From Zootoca vivipara (taxonomy: Eukaryota), in the NCBI RefSeq assembly GCF_963506605.1, contig NC_083288.1:26970001-27034000 (forward strand): DNA of 64,000 nt, in the 5' to 3' direction. Within the stretch, counting starts at the first letter, position 1; each line of letters opens with the position of its first letter. The position numbers and the translations under genes are program-made. Of the stretch, positions 13,801 through 24,944 are shown piece after piece. Below the pieces are notes generated by a model, which saw nothing but the letters and a program-made list of their open reading frames with translations, was not told the DNA's origin and did not search any database.

Positions 13801-14046
13801 TGCTGCTATCCTGAACAAGAGACTCAATGCCTGCCCTACAGTGAAAAGGAATGGGACCACACGAGGGCAGCATAACCACAGGAAAGGAGCCTGTAACTGG
13901 AGAAGGACGAGGGTGGGATTTCTGTAATGGAGGAGAACTGTGATTCCCAGCATGCAGCAATTGGATAGCTTTATCCTTCCGAGCTATAGCTTTATCCTTC
14001 CCAAGCTATTGAGAAGAGGGATGACAGACCAAAGGGGGGGGGATGC

Positions 14047-14135
14047 CATAGCTGCCAAGTTCTCCCTTTTTTAAGGGAAATTCCCTTATGCTGAATAGGC
14101 TTCCTCGCGAGAAAAGGGAAAACTTGGCAGCTATG
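14047..14135. mobile_element. ~89-bp hAT-type MITE
   Basis: TIR catagctgccaagtt / aacttggcagctatg. 8-bp TSD GGGGATGC. Contains GGGAAATTCCC at 14075-14085. Confidence 0.85.
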
Positions 14136-14577
14136 GGGGATGCACCAAAGAAACAGGTACGGACCCCTCAAGCTTTTGACAGGATCCCTGCTCTATTCAT
14201 ACGTTAATTAAATTTCTAATACACTTTACCAGGGCACTAAGAAAATAACAGCCCTGGCTCCCAGTATTCAGATACTTCCCTGTCTCATTTCTTTGGCAGA
14301 GTGGATCAGTCTTACCAAACTGAAAATCAGCAAAGCAGAAGAACATCAAGAAAATGAAGCTCCTGTTAAAGTTACTCACGGATTATTTCCTCTTAACCAG
14401 CTGGCAACCTAATGTATGCTTGTTTTCCTATAGAGCCAGAGCAGCTCGTTTTTTGAGAAAGGTTTCTAACTTTCTTTTAGCTATAGAAACTTTGAAGGAA
14501 GCAACAGTGTTCAAAGTCTGTGCTTTGAACTTTCAACTTAGGGAGGGGGGCAGAATTCTTCCTCTCTTCAGCCAAAC

Positions 14578-14693
14578 ACTTCCTGAGACTGGATGGAAGG
14601 AGAGAGAGTTTTACTCTTCCCCGGAACTTTCACTTTCATTTGCTGTGCTATGCCAAAGAGGACAACCGCAGCGAGGGAGGAGGAGTGGTGAGT
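14578..14693 (+). promoter_or_regulatory. Putative interferon-responsive promoter and first exon of the PYD-B30.2 gene
   Basis: ETS core acttcct at 14578-14584. TTCCCCGGAA (TTC-N4-GAA) at 14617-14626. ISRE/IRF-E aactttcactttcattt at 14625-14641. Donor gtg|gtgagt at 14688. Confidence 0.55.
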
Positions 14694-15104
14694 CCCCCCC
14701 CCCAAAGTCTGAACGTTCCCTCAAATTAAATGTTGAGCCTGGGCTGTTGACTTGACAGGGGCCTTGCTTCTTGTTCTGTAGATACAGTACATGTCTCTTT
14801 TGTCCTCCCGTCTTTGCTGATCAAACAGGTTTGGCAGGGTTTACAGAATAATAAACCTGAGCCAGGGCTGCGGAAGCAGGGTGATATACTATTTATAATA
14901 TGCAATATATAAACCTGTGTCAGGTGGAAGTGGGATTGGGCACCCACAGCACAACTTCTGCACTAGAAAATAAATTTGTTGTGCTGCAATTCTAAACCTT
15001 ACCTGGGGCAGATAAAAACATTGGATTCAATATAATTTACTCCTGAATACGGACATAGTTGCTGCAAAGTTTTTTTTTCTTGCTTTTGCTGTAATTTTCA
15101 CAGC

Positions 15105-15194
15105 CATAGCTGCCAAGTTTTCCCTTTTCTCGCGAGGAAGCCTGTTCAGCATAAGGGAAAATCCCTTTAAAAAAGGGATAACTTGGCAGCTATG
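15105..15194. mobile_element. Second copy of the same hAT MITE, opposite orientation
   Basis: Same TIRs. TSD ttcacagc/atcacagc. Internal sequence is approximately the reverse complement of 14047-14135. Confidence 0.85.
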
Positions 15195-15911
15195 ATCACA
15201 GCTTCCCCTCTAAGTTTTCCCCCCCAACAGACCTTGCAACTTGACCTGAATGTACCCAGTATGTACACATAATGGAGTACTCTGTGGTATACTTGATACT
15301 CACAGAGCATGAAAATGCATACTTACAGAGCATGAAAACGCAGGACATCACTTCTACTACAGAGCTCTGTGGAGATAGAGCATATTTGTTTTGTAACAAA
15401 AGGAAAACTGAGCAGAATGGGGCCAATCTATTTTTTATTATGTGACTCCTATGGTACCTATTTAGCATCAATTTTGGGGTGAGGTTGGGCTTTAGAGGCA
15501 GGTAGCTGATATTTGCAACCACTAGTTCCCCTTGACATTATGCTTTTTTCCAGAAACTTGTCCCTCTTACTGTATTGTTGGATGAGCATTTTAGGAATGT
15601 GGTATTGTTTGTTGTTTTATTCTTTTCAATGGCTTTTAATTGGTTTCCCCCATTTGCATTTTGTCATTAAGTTGCTTATACTGTACACTATAATAATAAT
15701 AATAAATGGGTTGAGGAGATTCCTTTTATGAAACTGAAATCATTCTGTAAAGTTATTGTGCATCCTTCAGCTCACAGATCGTGACACTTTGCAGAAACTG
15801 GTCAGCCCCGTCTTTGCTTCCTGTATCCAATCAGAAGAGAATTGACTCACCTTCCTTCTCCTAGAGGCCATTTTTCCTCCTTCTGCAAACCTTTGACTGG
15901 GAGGGGCCAAG

Positions 15912-16188
15912 ATGTCCAACAGTGTCTGCTGCAAATTGGTTGACTACTTGGAGGAGCTCACAGAGGAGGAATTCAAGAGATTTAAGATGCACCTTGAAGA
16001 CTACCCACTGGAGCAAGGCTACAAGCCGATCCGGCACTGTAAGATCGAGAAGGCCGACCTCATTGAAATAGCACGGCTCATGGTCAGGGCCTACGAGGAG
16101 GCTAAAGCATTGCAGATGACAGTCAACATCCTCGACCGAATAAATAGAAAGGATCTGTCGGCAAAAGTCAAACAAGAGATGCCAGCGT
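15912..16188 (+). CDS. PYD-B30.2 gene coding exon 1: pyrin (PYD/DAPIN) domain, NLRP3-like
   Basis: MSNSVCCKLVDYLEELTEEEFKRFKMHLEDYP...EKAD...LM...KALQMTVNILDRINRKDL is a PYD signature. Acceptor at 15864, Kozak gccaagATG, phase-1 donor GTAAGT at 16189. Confidence 0.92.
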
Positions 16189-17370
16189 GTAAGTAAACAA
16201 AGGAGCCCCACCCTTCCAGGCTTCGTAGGTCTCTTGTCCAATTTGCTGTGAATCCTGCGCTTCATCCGTGTATCAAACATGCGTGAGAAATGCCTATAGC
16301 CTTTGCCCACGGAATTCTGGGAACTGCAGTTCAACCATCACAGAGCTACGAACTATGGCTCCCATAATTCTTTGGGGGGGGAATCTGTGTGCTTTAAATG
16401 TATGGTGTGGTTGTGAGCACAGACTGTGCACCAAATGGCCTTCACTTGTCTGCTGTGTGCCTGGGTAGGTAACAATGGATGGCCATCCATCTGTCATGGA
16501 AGTTTTAGCTGAGATTCCTGCATTGCAGGAGGGTTGGACTAGATGACCCTGCGGGTCCCTCCCAACTCTACGATTCTGAGATTCTAAGATGAAAACCCGT
16601 CTCTCCAATGCAGCAGTATAGGGCCAGCAACAGGCCTTGAAAGGCCTCATACTTGCAATGGAGCCCTTGTCTTCCACCCCTGGTGAGCTCACCACTGTCC
16701 ATGATATCTCAAACCCATGCTTGCCTCCCTGGCAGCAGAGATTCTCTCTGGCGACATCACTGGGACCGCTACTACCTCAATGCAGTTGACTAGGGCTTAG
16801 TAGCAGCAGTGGCTACCTGGCCCAACCTCCCGTGTTTAAAAAGGCGGCTGCATGCTGTTCCCTGCTCCATATTGTGTGATGGAGCCTCACAGTTGCAGGA
16901 AGCTGTACTAGCCTTGTGAAAAAGTCCAAGCACATATGGAGGCTTAGCCAATGGGCAGCTACATACCACCATATTTGTTATGTGCTTTTGGGGGGCTGTG
17001 GGCCCTGGCAGATCCAAGACTATGCCAGCTGTGACACTGGGCCTCCAGCAGTTTCTTATTGTGATATTTCTATGTGCCTTCCGATGATGGGTGCAACTCT
17101 GCCCACAGAACAGCCTCAGGCTTTACACTGCACATTTCTATTCCATGAGCCCTATATCAATGCTGCAAAGTCTGGAGGAGCCCTAACTGTTGCAATGCTA
17201 TGCAGATCCTGATCCTATTTGCATCAGTTTATTGATGGACTTCCGCAAAGGGGCACTGTTCTTGTGCATGCGGTGTAAGAGGAGCAAAAAGGGGATGGGA
17301 AAACGTCTATCTTTCTTTTATTTACTTATTTTTTAACAAGAGCATCCTTTTTTCTTTCTTTTTTCTGCAG

Positions 17371-17481
17371 TTTTCCTGCAGCCTACGAAAGCAGCGGCCT
17401 CGACCAGGGAAGAAAAAAGAAAACGGGAAGAAAGGTTGCTGTCCAGTATCACTGACAAGTTTTGCGGGACTCAAAAGAAAG
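17371..17481 (+). CDS. PYD-B30.2 gene coding exon 2: charged linker
   Basis: Long polypyrimidine tract + ctgcag acceptor. 111 nt, phase 1-1, open: FFLQPTKAAASTREEKRKREERLLSSITDKFCGTQKK. Donor g|gttagt. Confidence 0.72.
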
Positions 17482-17917
17482 GTTAGTTCACGTCGGGGAG
17501 AAATAGAAGAAGACGCCTCACCCCGGTTTGGTTCCCCTTTATCACATTATACACAGCCCAACAAGACAACAACAAGAATCCCACGACAGCATATGAATCA
17601 ATCTGGTTAACCTGATTCAAAAATACACCCACCCACTCACACAGAATAACAATTCTCACTACAGCCAACCAAAGACAACCAGCCACACCCTAAGCCACAC
17701 ACAACCTCTCTCACCACCAAGGAAATACAACAAATGAATAGTAAGAGAACCCATACAAATAACGCTGACACAACCCCTTACACACCCTAAGTAGAATAAT
17801 AGAAGCATAACCACCCCATCCACCACTCCCCCCTTCCACCCCTTTTTCATCTTCCTAATTGTTTAAACCAATTCATAAACCAAGAACTCATACATTGACC
17901 ACTAATAATGAAACATA

Positions 17918-18281
17918 GGGACACGGGTAGCACTGTGGTCTAAACCACTGAGCCTAGAGCTTGCCAGTCAGAAGGTCGGCGGTTCGAATCCCCGCGATGG
18001 GGTGAGCTCCCATTGCTCGGTCCGAGCTCCTGCCAACCTAGCAGTTCGAAAGCATGTCAAAGTGCAAGTAGATAAATAGGTACCGCTCCAGTGGGAAGGT
18101 AAACGGCATTTCCGTGCGCTGCTGTGGTTCGCCAGAAGCAGCTTAGTCATGCTGGCCACATGACCCGGAAAAACTGTCTGCAGACAAACATCGTCTCCCT
18201 CGGCCAGTAAAGCGAGATGAGCGCTGCAACCCCAGAGTTGTCCGCGACTGGACTTAATTGTCAGGGGTCCCTTTACCTTTT
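17918..18281 (+). mobile_element. Sauria SINE, full length
   Basis: gggacacgggt...ggttcgaatccc (B box)...ctttaccttt tail. 12-bp TSD taatgaaacata. Confidence 0.9.
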
Positions 18282-19712
18282 TAATGAAACATATGTTGTA
18301 GATATTTTCCAACATTGTGCTATTTTTGTGATATACATATGACATGAGAAAACTTGGTATACTTATTTATATAACATTATTCTTGTTTATAAAACCCAAT
18401 AAAAGAAAGAAAGAAAGAAAAAGAAATGTAGGTAGGTAGGTTAGTTGCCAGCAGATGAATCGAGGTCCTTCCATCCAGGCTGAAAGCCGGCAGCCACTGC
18501 AAAATGAATTTTTCTGCAGATGTGCTACTGCTAGCCGTCCAGAATTTGGAACCACCCCTTATGCAATAGAAGGAAGGAAGGCTTTCCACCTACCTCACAG
18601 CTAGATTTGATTGCCATGTGTTGTGGACTAGGAACAAAGACCTTTTTTCTTCTGCCTTTGATCCAAAAGTGCTATTGTTTGAGCCTCTGGGAGGATAAAC
18701 AACTTTTTTCTGTATTAGTGACAATTTAAGAAGCCCCTCCCTACCTCAATAGTATCTGACCTCATATTATTTATTCTAATCTATGAATAGATCCTAAAGA
18801 TGCAATTCTTTTAAGGCAGGTTTATGTCCATATATACAAATATTTTGGAGGGAGGTTTTGAGTAGGATGTAGGAAATAGCAGCATAGGTTCTTTCCCCAG
18901 ATCTCCAAAATGCTTAGTGTTATTTTTAAAGGGAGGTAAAACAGTAGTTTTGGAATGTAATTTAATGTTACTAGCAGTTACATGGATTGGTAGAGCAGGA
19001 AGATCCCAGAATCTCCAGCTGCTTCAGTGTCTCTACACAGATGTGGGAGATCACATCATTTAACAAAGTTACCTTACTTTTTGAGAAGTAGTTTTAGAAA
19101 TGAACTTAACAGTTTTATTGTGATTTAAGCTTTGTACCCTTCTAGAATGGTAATTTTGAAGATAATGTGCAATCTTAAGTTATATTTAACCATATTATAA
19201 TTATCACGGCCTTCTTCTTAACAGCAATAATATAGTTATGAATGTGATTTTGTAATTATCATAATAATTACATCACAAAAATATACCGGTACCTGTAATC
19301 TTTCAAAGAAGGCCTTCCTGGGTTCAACCTGAAACTATGCCCAAATCTACAGTTTGTTTGTTTAAAGAACTTATCCTAGGAAGGAAAATAGTACATGTTT
19401 TCTTCTGGTTAGCAAAGGTACCATTAAAGAACATTCACTGTTCCTAAAATGTTGTTCTTCACCTTGAGATGTCCGTGCTCTGGAAACTGTTACCACTAAA
19501 GCAGCAGAACAGGTATGGGGAACTGTTGGCCCTCCAGGTATTGCTGAACTACAACTCACATCAGCGTCAGGAAGCACGGCCAATGACCAAGGATGATGGT
19601 AGTTGTAGTTCAGCAACATCTGGAGGGCCAAAGGTTCTCAACCCCTACAGTAGAAAGTCATTTCTTTAGCTGGTAAAATTGTTTGCAAACTATTCTCCGT
19701 CTCTGTTTTTAG

Positions 19713-20221
19713 TGGAAGTCACACTGGATCCCAAGACAGCCTTCCCTACCCTCATCCTTTCTGAAGATCGGAAAAGTGTGTACCTGGGCAGCCAGGCCCA
19801 GGTTCTTCCTGACAACCCTGAGCGCTTCAATTTTTCGCCCTGTGTCCTCGGAGCAGAAGGCATCACCTCTGGGACTATGGAATGGGTGGTAGAGGTGGGC
19901 AAGGCCAAAGCATGGGCCATCGGTGCAGTCCGGGAATCCATAGGGAGAAAATGGTACCAATATATCAAAGTTACTGAGGGGTTTTGGGCGCTGCAGCTGA
20001 TTGAGGGAGAATACATGGCCTCTACCTCTCCTTCCACTGTCCTTCCGCTGTGGAAATCCCTGCGACGGATCAAGATACGCCTGGAGTATGATTTTGAAAT
20101 CCTCTCCTTTTATGACGCCGACTCCATGGAACCTATTTTTACTTTCAATTATCCTTTCTCTGAGAGGATGTTTCCCTTTTTCCAGGTCTGGGATACTGAG
20201 ATCCCCCTGAAAATCTCATAA
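19713..20221 (+). CDS. PYD-B30.2 gene coding exon 3: PRY/SPRY (B30.2) domain
   Basis: tttttag| then VEVTLDPKTA..LILSEDRKSV..LPDNPERF..PCVLG..WVVEVG..WAIG..LSFYD..IFTF..F.E.MFPFF. This is the typical phase-1 terminal exon of TRIM/butyrophilin-type genes. Stop at 20221; AATAAA at 20583-20588. Confidence 0.93.
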
Positions 20222-20592
20222 GGGCACATTTTAAAGATGTCTTAGGCTGTAATCCTACACTAGGGCTGTGTACCACATGTTCCTGTTTGCTCCGCAGCCG
20301 GTGTGCTTCCTGTTGTGTATTGAGTCAAAGGATTTTATATCTGTATTATTATTGTCTGTATTTGCATTAGGATAAAGTAACTGCCTTTTGGTTCCAGAGG
20401 GTACAGCTACTATTGGTTCATTTAAGCTGCCCTATTTGGATCCTCTGTCTTATTGGTTTTCTCCAAAAGGCAGCACTGTGATTGCCTGATATTGTTCCCT
20501 CCAAAATGTATCCCTTTCTAGCTAGTCCCCTGTCCCTATAAATGTAGCTTTGCTCTCCTCAGACCTCAGTCTTGTTTACTTTAATAAAGAAG

Positions 20593-21041
20593 CAGGGGCG
20601 TACCCAGGATCAAAATTAGGAGGGGGCAAGGGGCGGGGGCAAGGGGCGGGAGGGGAGGGGAGGGGCCACAGTGGGAATGTGGGTGGGGCTACGTGGCCTG
20701 CGCCCGCCCAGCTCTTCCGAGGAGGCGGCCCCACGCGCCGGGAGCGGAGCTCCAGAGGCGTGCGGGGAACACGAGCCCATGGCTGCCTCCTCCGCGCCTC
20801 CCAGGTCTTCCGAGGAGGCGGCCCCAGGCTCCTGTTCCTAGCGCGAAGCTCCAGAGGCGCGCAGGGAACGCGAGCCTGTGGCTGCCTCCTCCACTTACGC
20901 TCCCCGCTCCCGCTTACGCTCCCCGTGCGCCTCTGGAGCTTCGCGCCGGGAGCAGGAGCCTGGGGCTGCCACGCTGCGCCCCTTAGCCTTTTGCTTCTGG
21001 GGGGGGCAATTGCCCCCTCCTGTCCCCTGCCTACGCCCATG
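20593..21041. mobile_element. GC-rich hAT-type non-autonomous transposon
   Basis: Termini caggggcgta / tacgcccatg. Perfect 8-bp TSD taaagaag. Internal ~95-bp imperfect repeats. Confidence 0.8.
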
Positions 21042-21845
21042 TAAAGAAGTGTTACTAGAGAACTGTCTCCAGCATATTATGTCAAGAAAGCTGAAATCAC
21101 AAACCCCACGTCACAACACTTCCATTGCTGGCTTGGGAGCAGTGTACACAACCTTAGTTACAGTTCATACGTGGTTTCTTAGGAAATAATCATATGTTGA
21201 TGCGTTTTTCGCCAAACCTGCCTGGATTCAAATTGAGGAACAAGGACAACCTAGTAATGTGTACACAGCCTTAGACGTGGCAAGAAACCAATCCGCCAAC
21301 CAATTATGAAATTGAGCCAGTAATTTAAGGTGAGATGAGTTGGCGAAATGGCCCCTCACACAAATTTGTTTCTTTTGCTTGTTTACTTGAGAGTAAGTCC
21401 TATTGAGTTTGGTGGGACCCCTAAGCTTCTGATGCGAAATGAATATGCTTACATTGTTAATTCCTCCACCCCAAAGAATGGCATGGGGTTGCCTTTTAAG
21501 CCTCTGCATCTGCTGTCAAATAAATAAAAAGCATTGAGGGGGTTTGCTATGAAAAGAGAGAGAAGAAATCCAAATGTGTAAAATGTTCTTCTTGTTGTTT
21601 TTATACTTCAGGTTTTAAAATAGGGTTATGTGGAACAGCACACTGTGATTTTATATTTTTCACAAGTCTAATTCAATCTGCCTTTTCTTTAGAGGGATAT
21701 TTAACACTGCATCTCTCGAAGAAAAGGACAGGGCTTAGCTTAGGGGCACAATCTGCCCACTCAGTAAAAGTGTGTGGTTTTCTGTACATATTCATTTGCT
21801 GCCCACTAAATTGGTGGTCCCCTGTGAGTGGCAAAGGAGGCAGCC

Positions 21846-21846
<1 letters not shown>

Positions 21847-21884
<38 letters not shown>

Positions 21885-22207
21885 TTATTATTTCTACCCC
21901 GCCCACCTGGTTGGGTTTCCCCATCCACTCTGGGCGGCTTCCAACAGAAAATGAAATAAAATAATATATTAAATATTAAAAGCCTCCCTAAACAGGGCTG
22001 CCTTCAGATGTCTTCTAAAAATCTGGTAGCTGTTTTTCTCTTTGACATCTGATGGGAGGGCGTTCCACAGGGCAGGCGCCACCACCGAGAAGGCCCTCTG
22101 CCTGGTTCCCCGCAACTTGGCTTCTCGCAACGAGGGAACCGCCAGAAGGCCCTCGGTACTGGACCTCAGTGTCCGGGCAGAACGATGGGGGTGGAGACGC
22201 TCCTTCA
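21847..22207 (-). mobile_element. L2-type LINE 3' fragment with (AAT)n tail
   Basis: Minus strand translates ...RAFSVVAPALWNALP...FRRHLKAALF, the typical L2 ORF2 C-terminus. Microsatellite tail at 21847-21883. Confidence 0.75.
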
Positions 22208-22761
22208 AAATTTGAAAAACCACATCAGAAAGCGGCTTTGTGTGAAAAACAAATGGCAGCTGCTGCGATTCTCTTCCTCTCAAAATTATGTCACCTCAGC
22301 TAACGATACAGAAAACAAAGAAGCTATATTTTGATGTCAGGATAGGTGAAATGACTGAGAAGTGGTCCTTGTCAATGTTAGTGCAGAACACCTACTTGGG
22401 AGTAAGTCCCATTCAACTTGGTGAGATTTGCCTCTGACAATTTGCTGTATTTCTCTCATATATCCCCACCCTAGTGCATTGTACTTGCAAGAGAGGGTAT
22501 CTTATGGGTATATTTGCTCCACCACTCTTTAGCACACATTGGAGATTCCAATGCACCTTTGCACTTCCAATATTGGCATGTTGTTTCAGTACTCTCAAAT
22601 GCCTACTTCAGCAACACCTCATCTCTCATGGGGGAAAAAGCAGCTTCCTTGCTGCTAACAATATGTGTGAATGGACCCACTGAGAGGACTGAAGTGGCAC
22701 ACAGCAGTTGCTTTGGATTTGTTAATATCCAAAATATTCTATAGGTATCAAGCTTCTCTGT

Positions 22762-22901
22762 GGGACGCGGGTGGCGCTGTGGGTTAAACCACTGAGCCTA
22801 GGACTTGCCGATCAGAAGGTCGGCGGTTCGAATCCCTGTGACGGGGTGAGCTCCCGTTGCTCGGTCCCAGCTCCTGCCAACCTAGCAGTTCGAAAGCACG
22901 T
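22762..22901 (+). mobile_element. Sauria SINE, 5' part
   Basis: gggacgcgggtggcgctgtgggttaaacc...ggttcgaatccc...cagttcgaaagcacgtc. Confidence 0.85.
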
Positions 22902-23311
22902 CTACCTCTCTATCAAGCTTCTAGTTCAGCCTTAACATCTGTTCACCATGATGTGACTTTAATATATATAAATGGCCACATTTGAGGGGACGGGCAGGGT
23001 TGAATTAGAAAACCTTTTGGCATCACAGTGGGGGACTTAGAGTAAGCAGTCTAGAATCTTGACTCAATTGGAGAAATGGCCTGTGTCCAGGTAGGTAGGT
23101 TGTCCAGGTAACAATGGAATGCCTCCTTTGTGACATTCCTTGTTGATGACATAGAAGTATGGAATCGAGAGGTGTCCAGGGAAGGAGTTAGGATAGGTAG
23201 CAAGAGCCTCTGAGAGAGATGGCACAGATGAGATAATAGATAGATAACTTGGTGGGGCGTATTTATTGTTTGCATTCCGCTTTAGCTTACCTAGTCCATA
23301 AGATGTTACAC

Positions 23312-23425
23312 CAGGCATCCCCAAACTGCGGCCCTCCAGATGTTTTGGCCTACAACTCCCATGATCCCTAGGCAACAGGACCAGTGGTCCAAAACATCTG
23401 GAGGGCTGAAGTTTGGGGATGCCTG
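23312..23425. mobile_element. Short hAT-type MITE
   Basis: TIR caggcatccccaaact / agtttggggatgcctg. 8-bp TSD tgttacac. Confidence 0.85.
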
Positions 23426-23999
23426 TGTTACACACAAGCAGCACCAACCTCAATGTGTTCCCCTGCAAATTTGGATTTACCTGATAATCTGCTAAATGGG
23501 GCAAAATCAAACGCCAAACCACTCCTCTTGGGGTTGCAGGTGAAGAAGAAGAAGAAGAAGAGTTTGGATTTGATATCACTACCCGAAGGAGTCTCAAAGC
23601 GGCTAACATTCTCCTTTCCCTTCCTCCCCCACAACAAACACTCTGTGAGGTGAGTGGGGCTCAGAGACTTCAAAGAAGTGCGTCTAGCCCAAGGTCACCC
23701 AGCAGCTGTATGTGGAGGAACGAAGACATGTTACAAGTCCACTGCTCTTAACCACTACACCACACTGGTGAATTGTTTTGGGGTGGGAGGATCACTCATC
23801 ACATTCAGCTACTCTCCTCAATGCTTTCATTTCTCTTTTCGCAGTGTAAAATGTTCATATTACATCAAAACATAATGTTTCCTCCTAGATTCAGTTTGTA
23901 TACAAATCCATTGTGTGGAATAATTAAATGATTAAGCAAATTGCATGTCTCTTTGTCTGCTCTGCCACCTTACTGGATGTATACAAATTCACAAATGGA

Positions 24000-24944
24000 T
24001 CAATGACTTTCAGAAACGGTATTCTTCCCTATTGCTTTAGCCAGGGCTCCTTTGACTTCCTTGTTCCTTAGGCTGTAGATTATAGGATTGAGCATCGGAG
24101 TAACAACTGCATAGAAGAAAGCCAGCATCTTGTCCTGGTTGGGCGAAGTGTTGGATTTGGGGCTCATGTAAGCAAAGATTGCTGTGCCATAGCAGAGGGC
24201 GACCACCGTCAGGTGAGAGGTACATGTGGAGAAGGCTTTCTGACGGCCTCCTGAAGACTGGATAAGTAGGATAGCACGGATTATATAGACGTAGGAAAGT
24301 GTTACCACAATACAGGGGGTGACCAGCACAATGGACCCTGTCACCAAAAACAGAATCTCATTGACGGAAGTGTCTGAACAAGCAATCTTGATAACAGCCA
24401 GGACTTCACAGGCAAAGTGGTTGATGATGTTGGAGCTGCAGAAGTGAAGGCGCACAGTGAACACCGTATGCAGGAGAGCATTGAGAAATCCAGCTGTCCA
24501 GGATGCTAGCACCAACTGCATACACACTGTCCTGCTCATGATGATCTTGTAATGCAATGGATGACAGACAGCCACATATCGGTCATAAGCCATGGCTGCC
24601 AAGAGGATAAATTCAATGCTTCCGAAGGCGAATGAGAGGTAGAGCTGAGCCATGCACCTGTTGTAGGAGATGGTCTTGGAGCTGGTCAGGAAATGGATTA
24701 ACAACTGAGGCACCACACTTGTTGTGTAGCAGATGTCTAGGAAGGACAGATGGCTCAGGAAGAAGTACATGGGTGTGCTGAGCTGTGAGTCTATGTGGAT
24801 GGCCACGATGATGAGTGTGTTACCTGTCAGGGTGATGAGGTACATGAAAAGGACCGCTGCAAAGAGGTACAGGTTGGTGTCTCGATCTTTGGAAAACCCC
24901 AGAAACACGAAATCCAGGGCAATTGTTTGATTGTATTGCTCCAT
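24000..24944 (-). CDS. Olfactory receptor, class II (OR2/OR13-like), intact, 314 aa
   Basis: Single-exon 7TM ORF with N-glycan site NQT and motifs LSTPMYFFLSHLS, MAYDRYVAVCHPLHY, KAFSTCTSHL, PMLNPIIYSLRNKEVK. Confidence 0.95.
   Translation of the reverse strand: MEQYNQTIALDFVFLGFSKDRDTNLYLFAAVLFMYLITLTGNTLIIVAIHIDSQLSTPMYFFLSHLSFLDICYTTSVVPQLLIHFLTSSKTISYNRCMAQLYLSFAFGSIEFILLAAMAYDRYVAVCHPLHYKIIMSRTVCMQLVLASWTAGFLNALLHTVFTVRLHFCSSNIINHFACEVLAVIKIACSDTSVNEILFLVTGSIVLVTPCIVVTLSYVYIIRAILLIQSSGGRQKAFSTCTSHLTVVALCYGTAIFAYMSPKSNTSPNQDKMLAFFYAVVTPMLNPIIYSLRNKEVKGALAKAIGKNTVSESH

Noticed and set aside
19469-19512. Possible extra small exon of the PYD-B30.2 gene (gag|at...cag|gtatgg)
   Set aside because: Weak GAG acceptor, the donor is the start of a common MITE, and the exit phase (0) does not fit the phase-1 B30.2 exon. 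A different micro-exon cannot be excluded.
20550-21189. GC-rich ORFs of 97-164 aa on both strands
   Set aside because: They mostly overlap a TSD-flanked non-autonomous transposon and are low-complexity translations.
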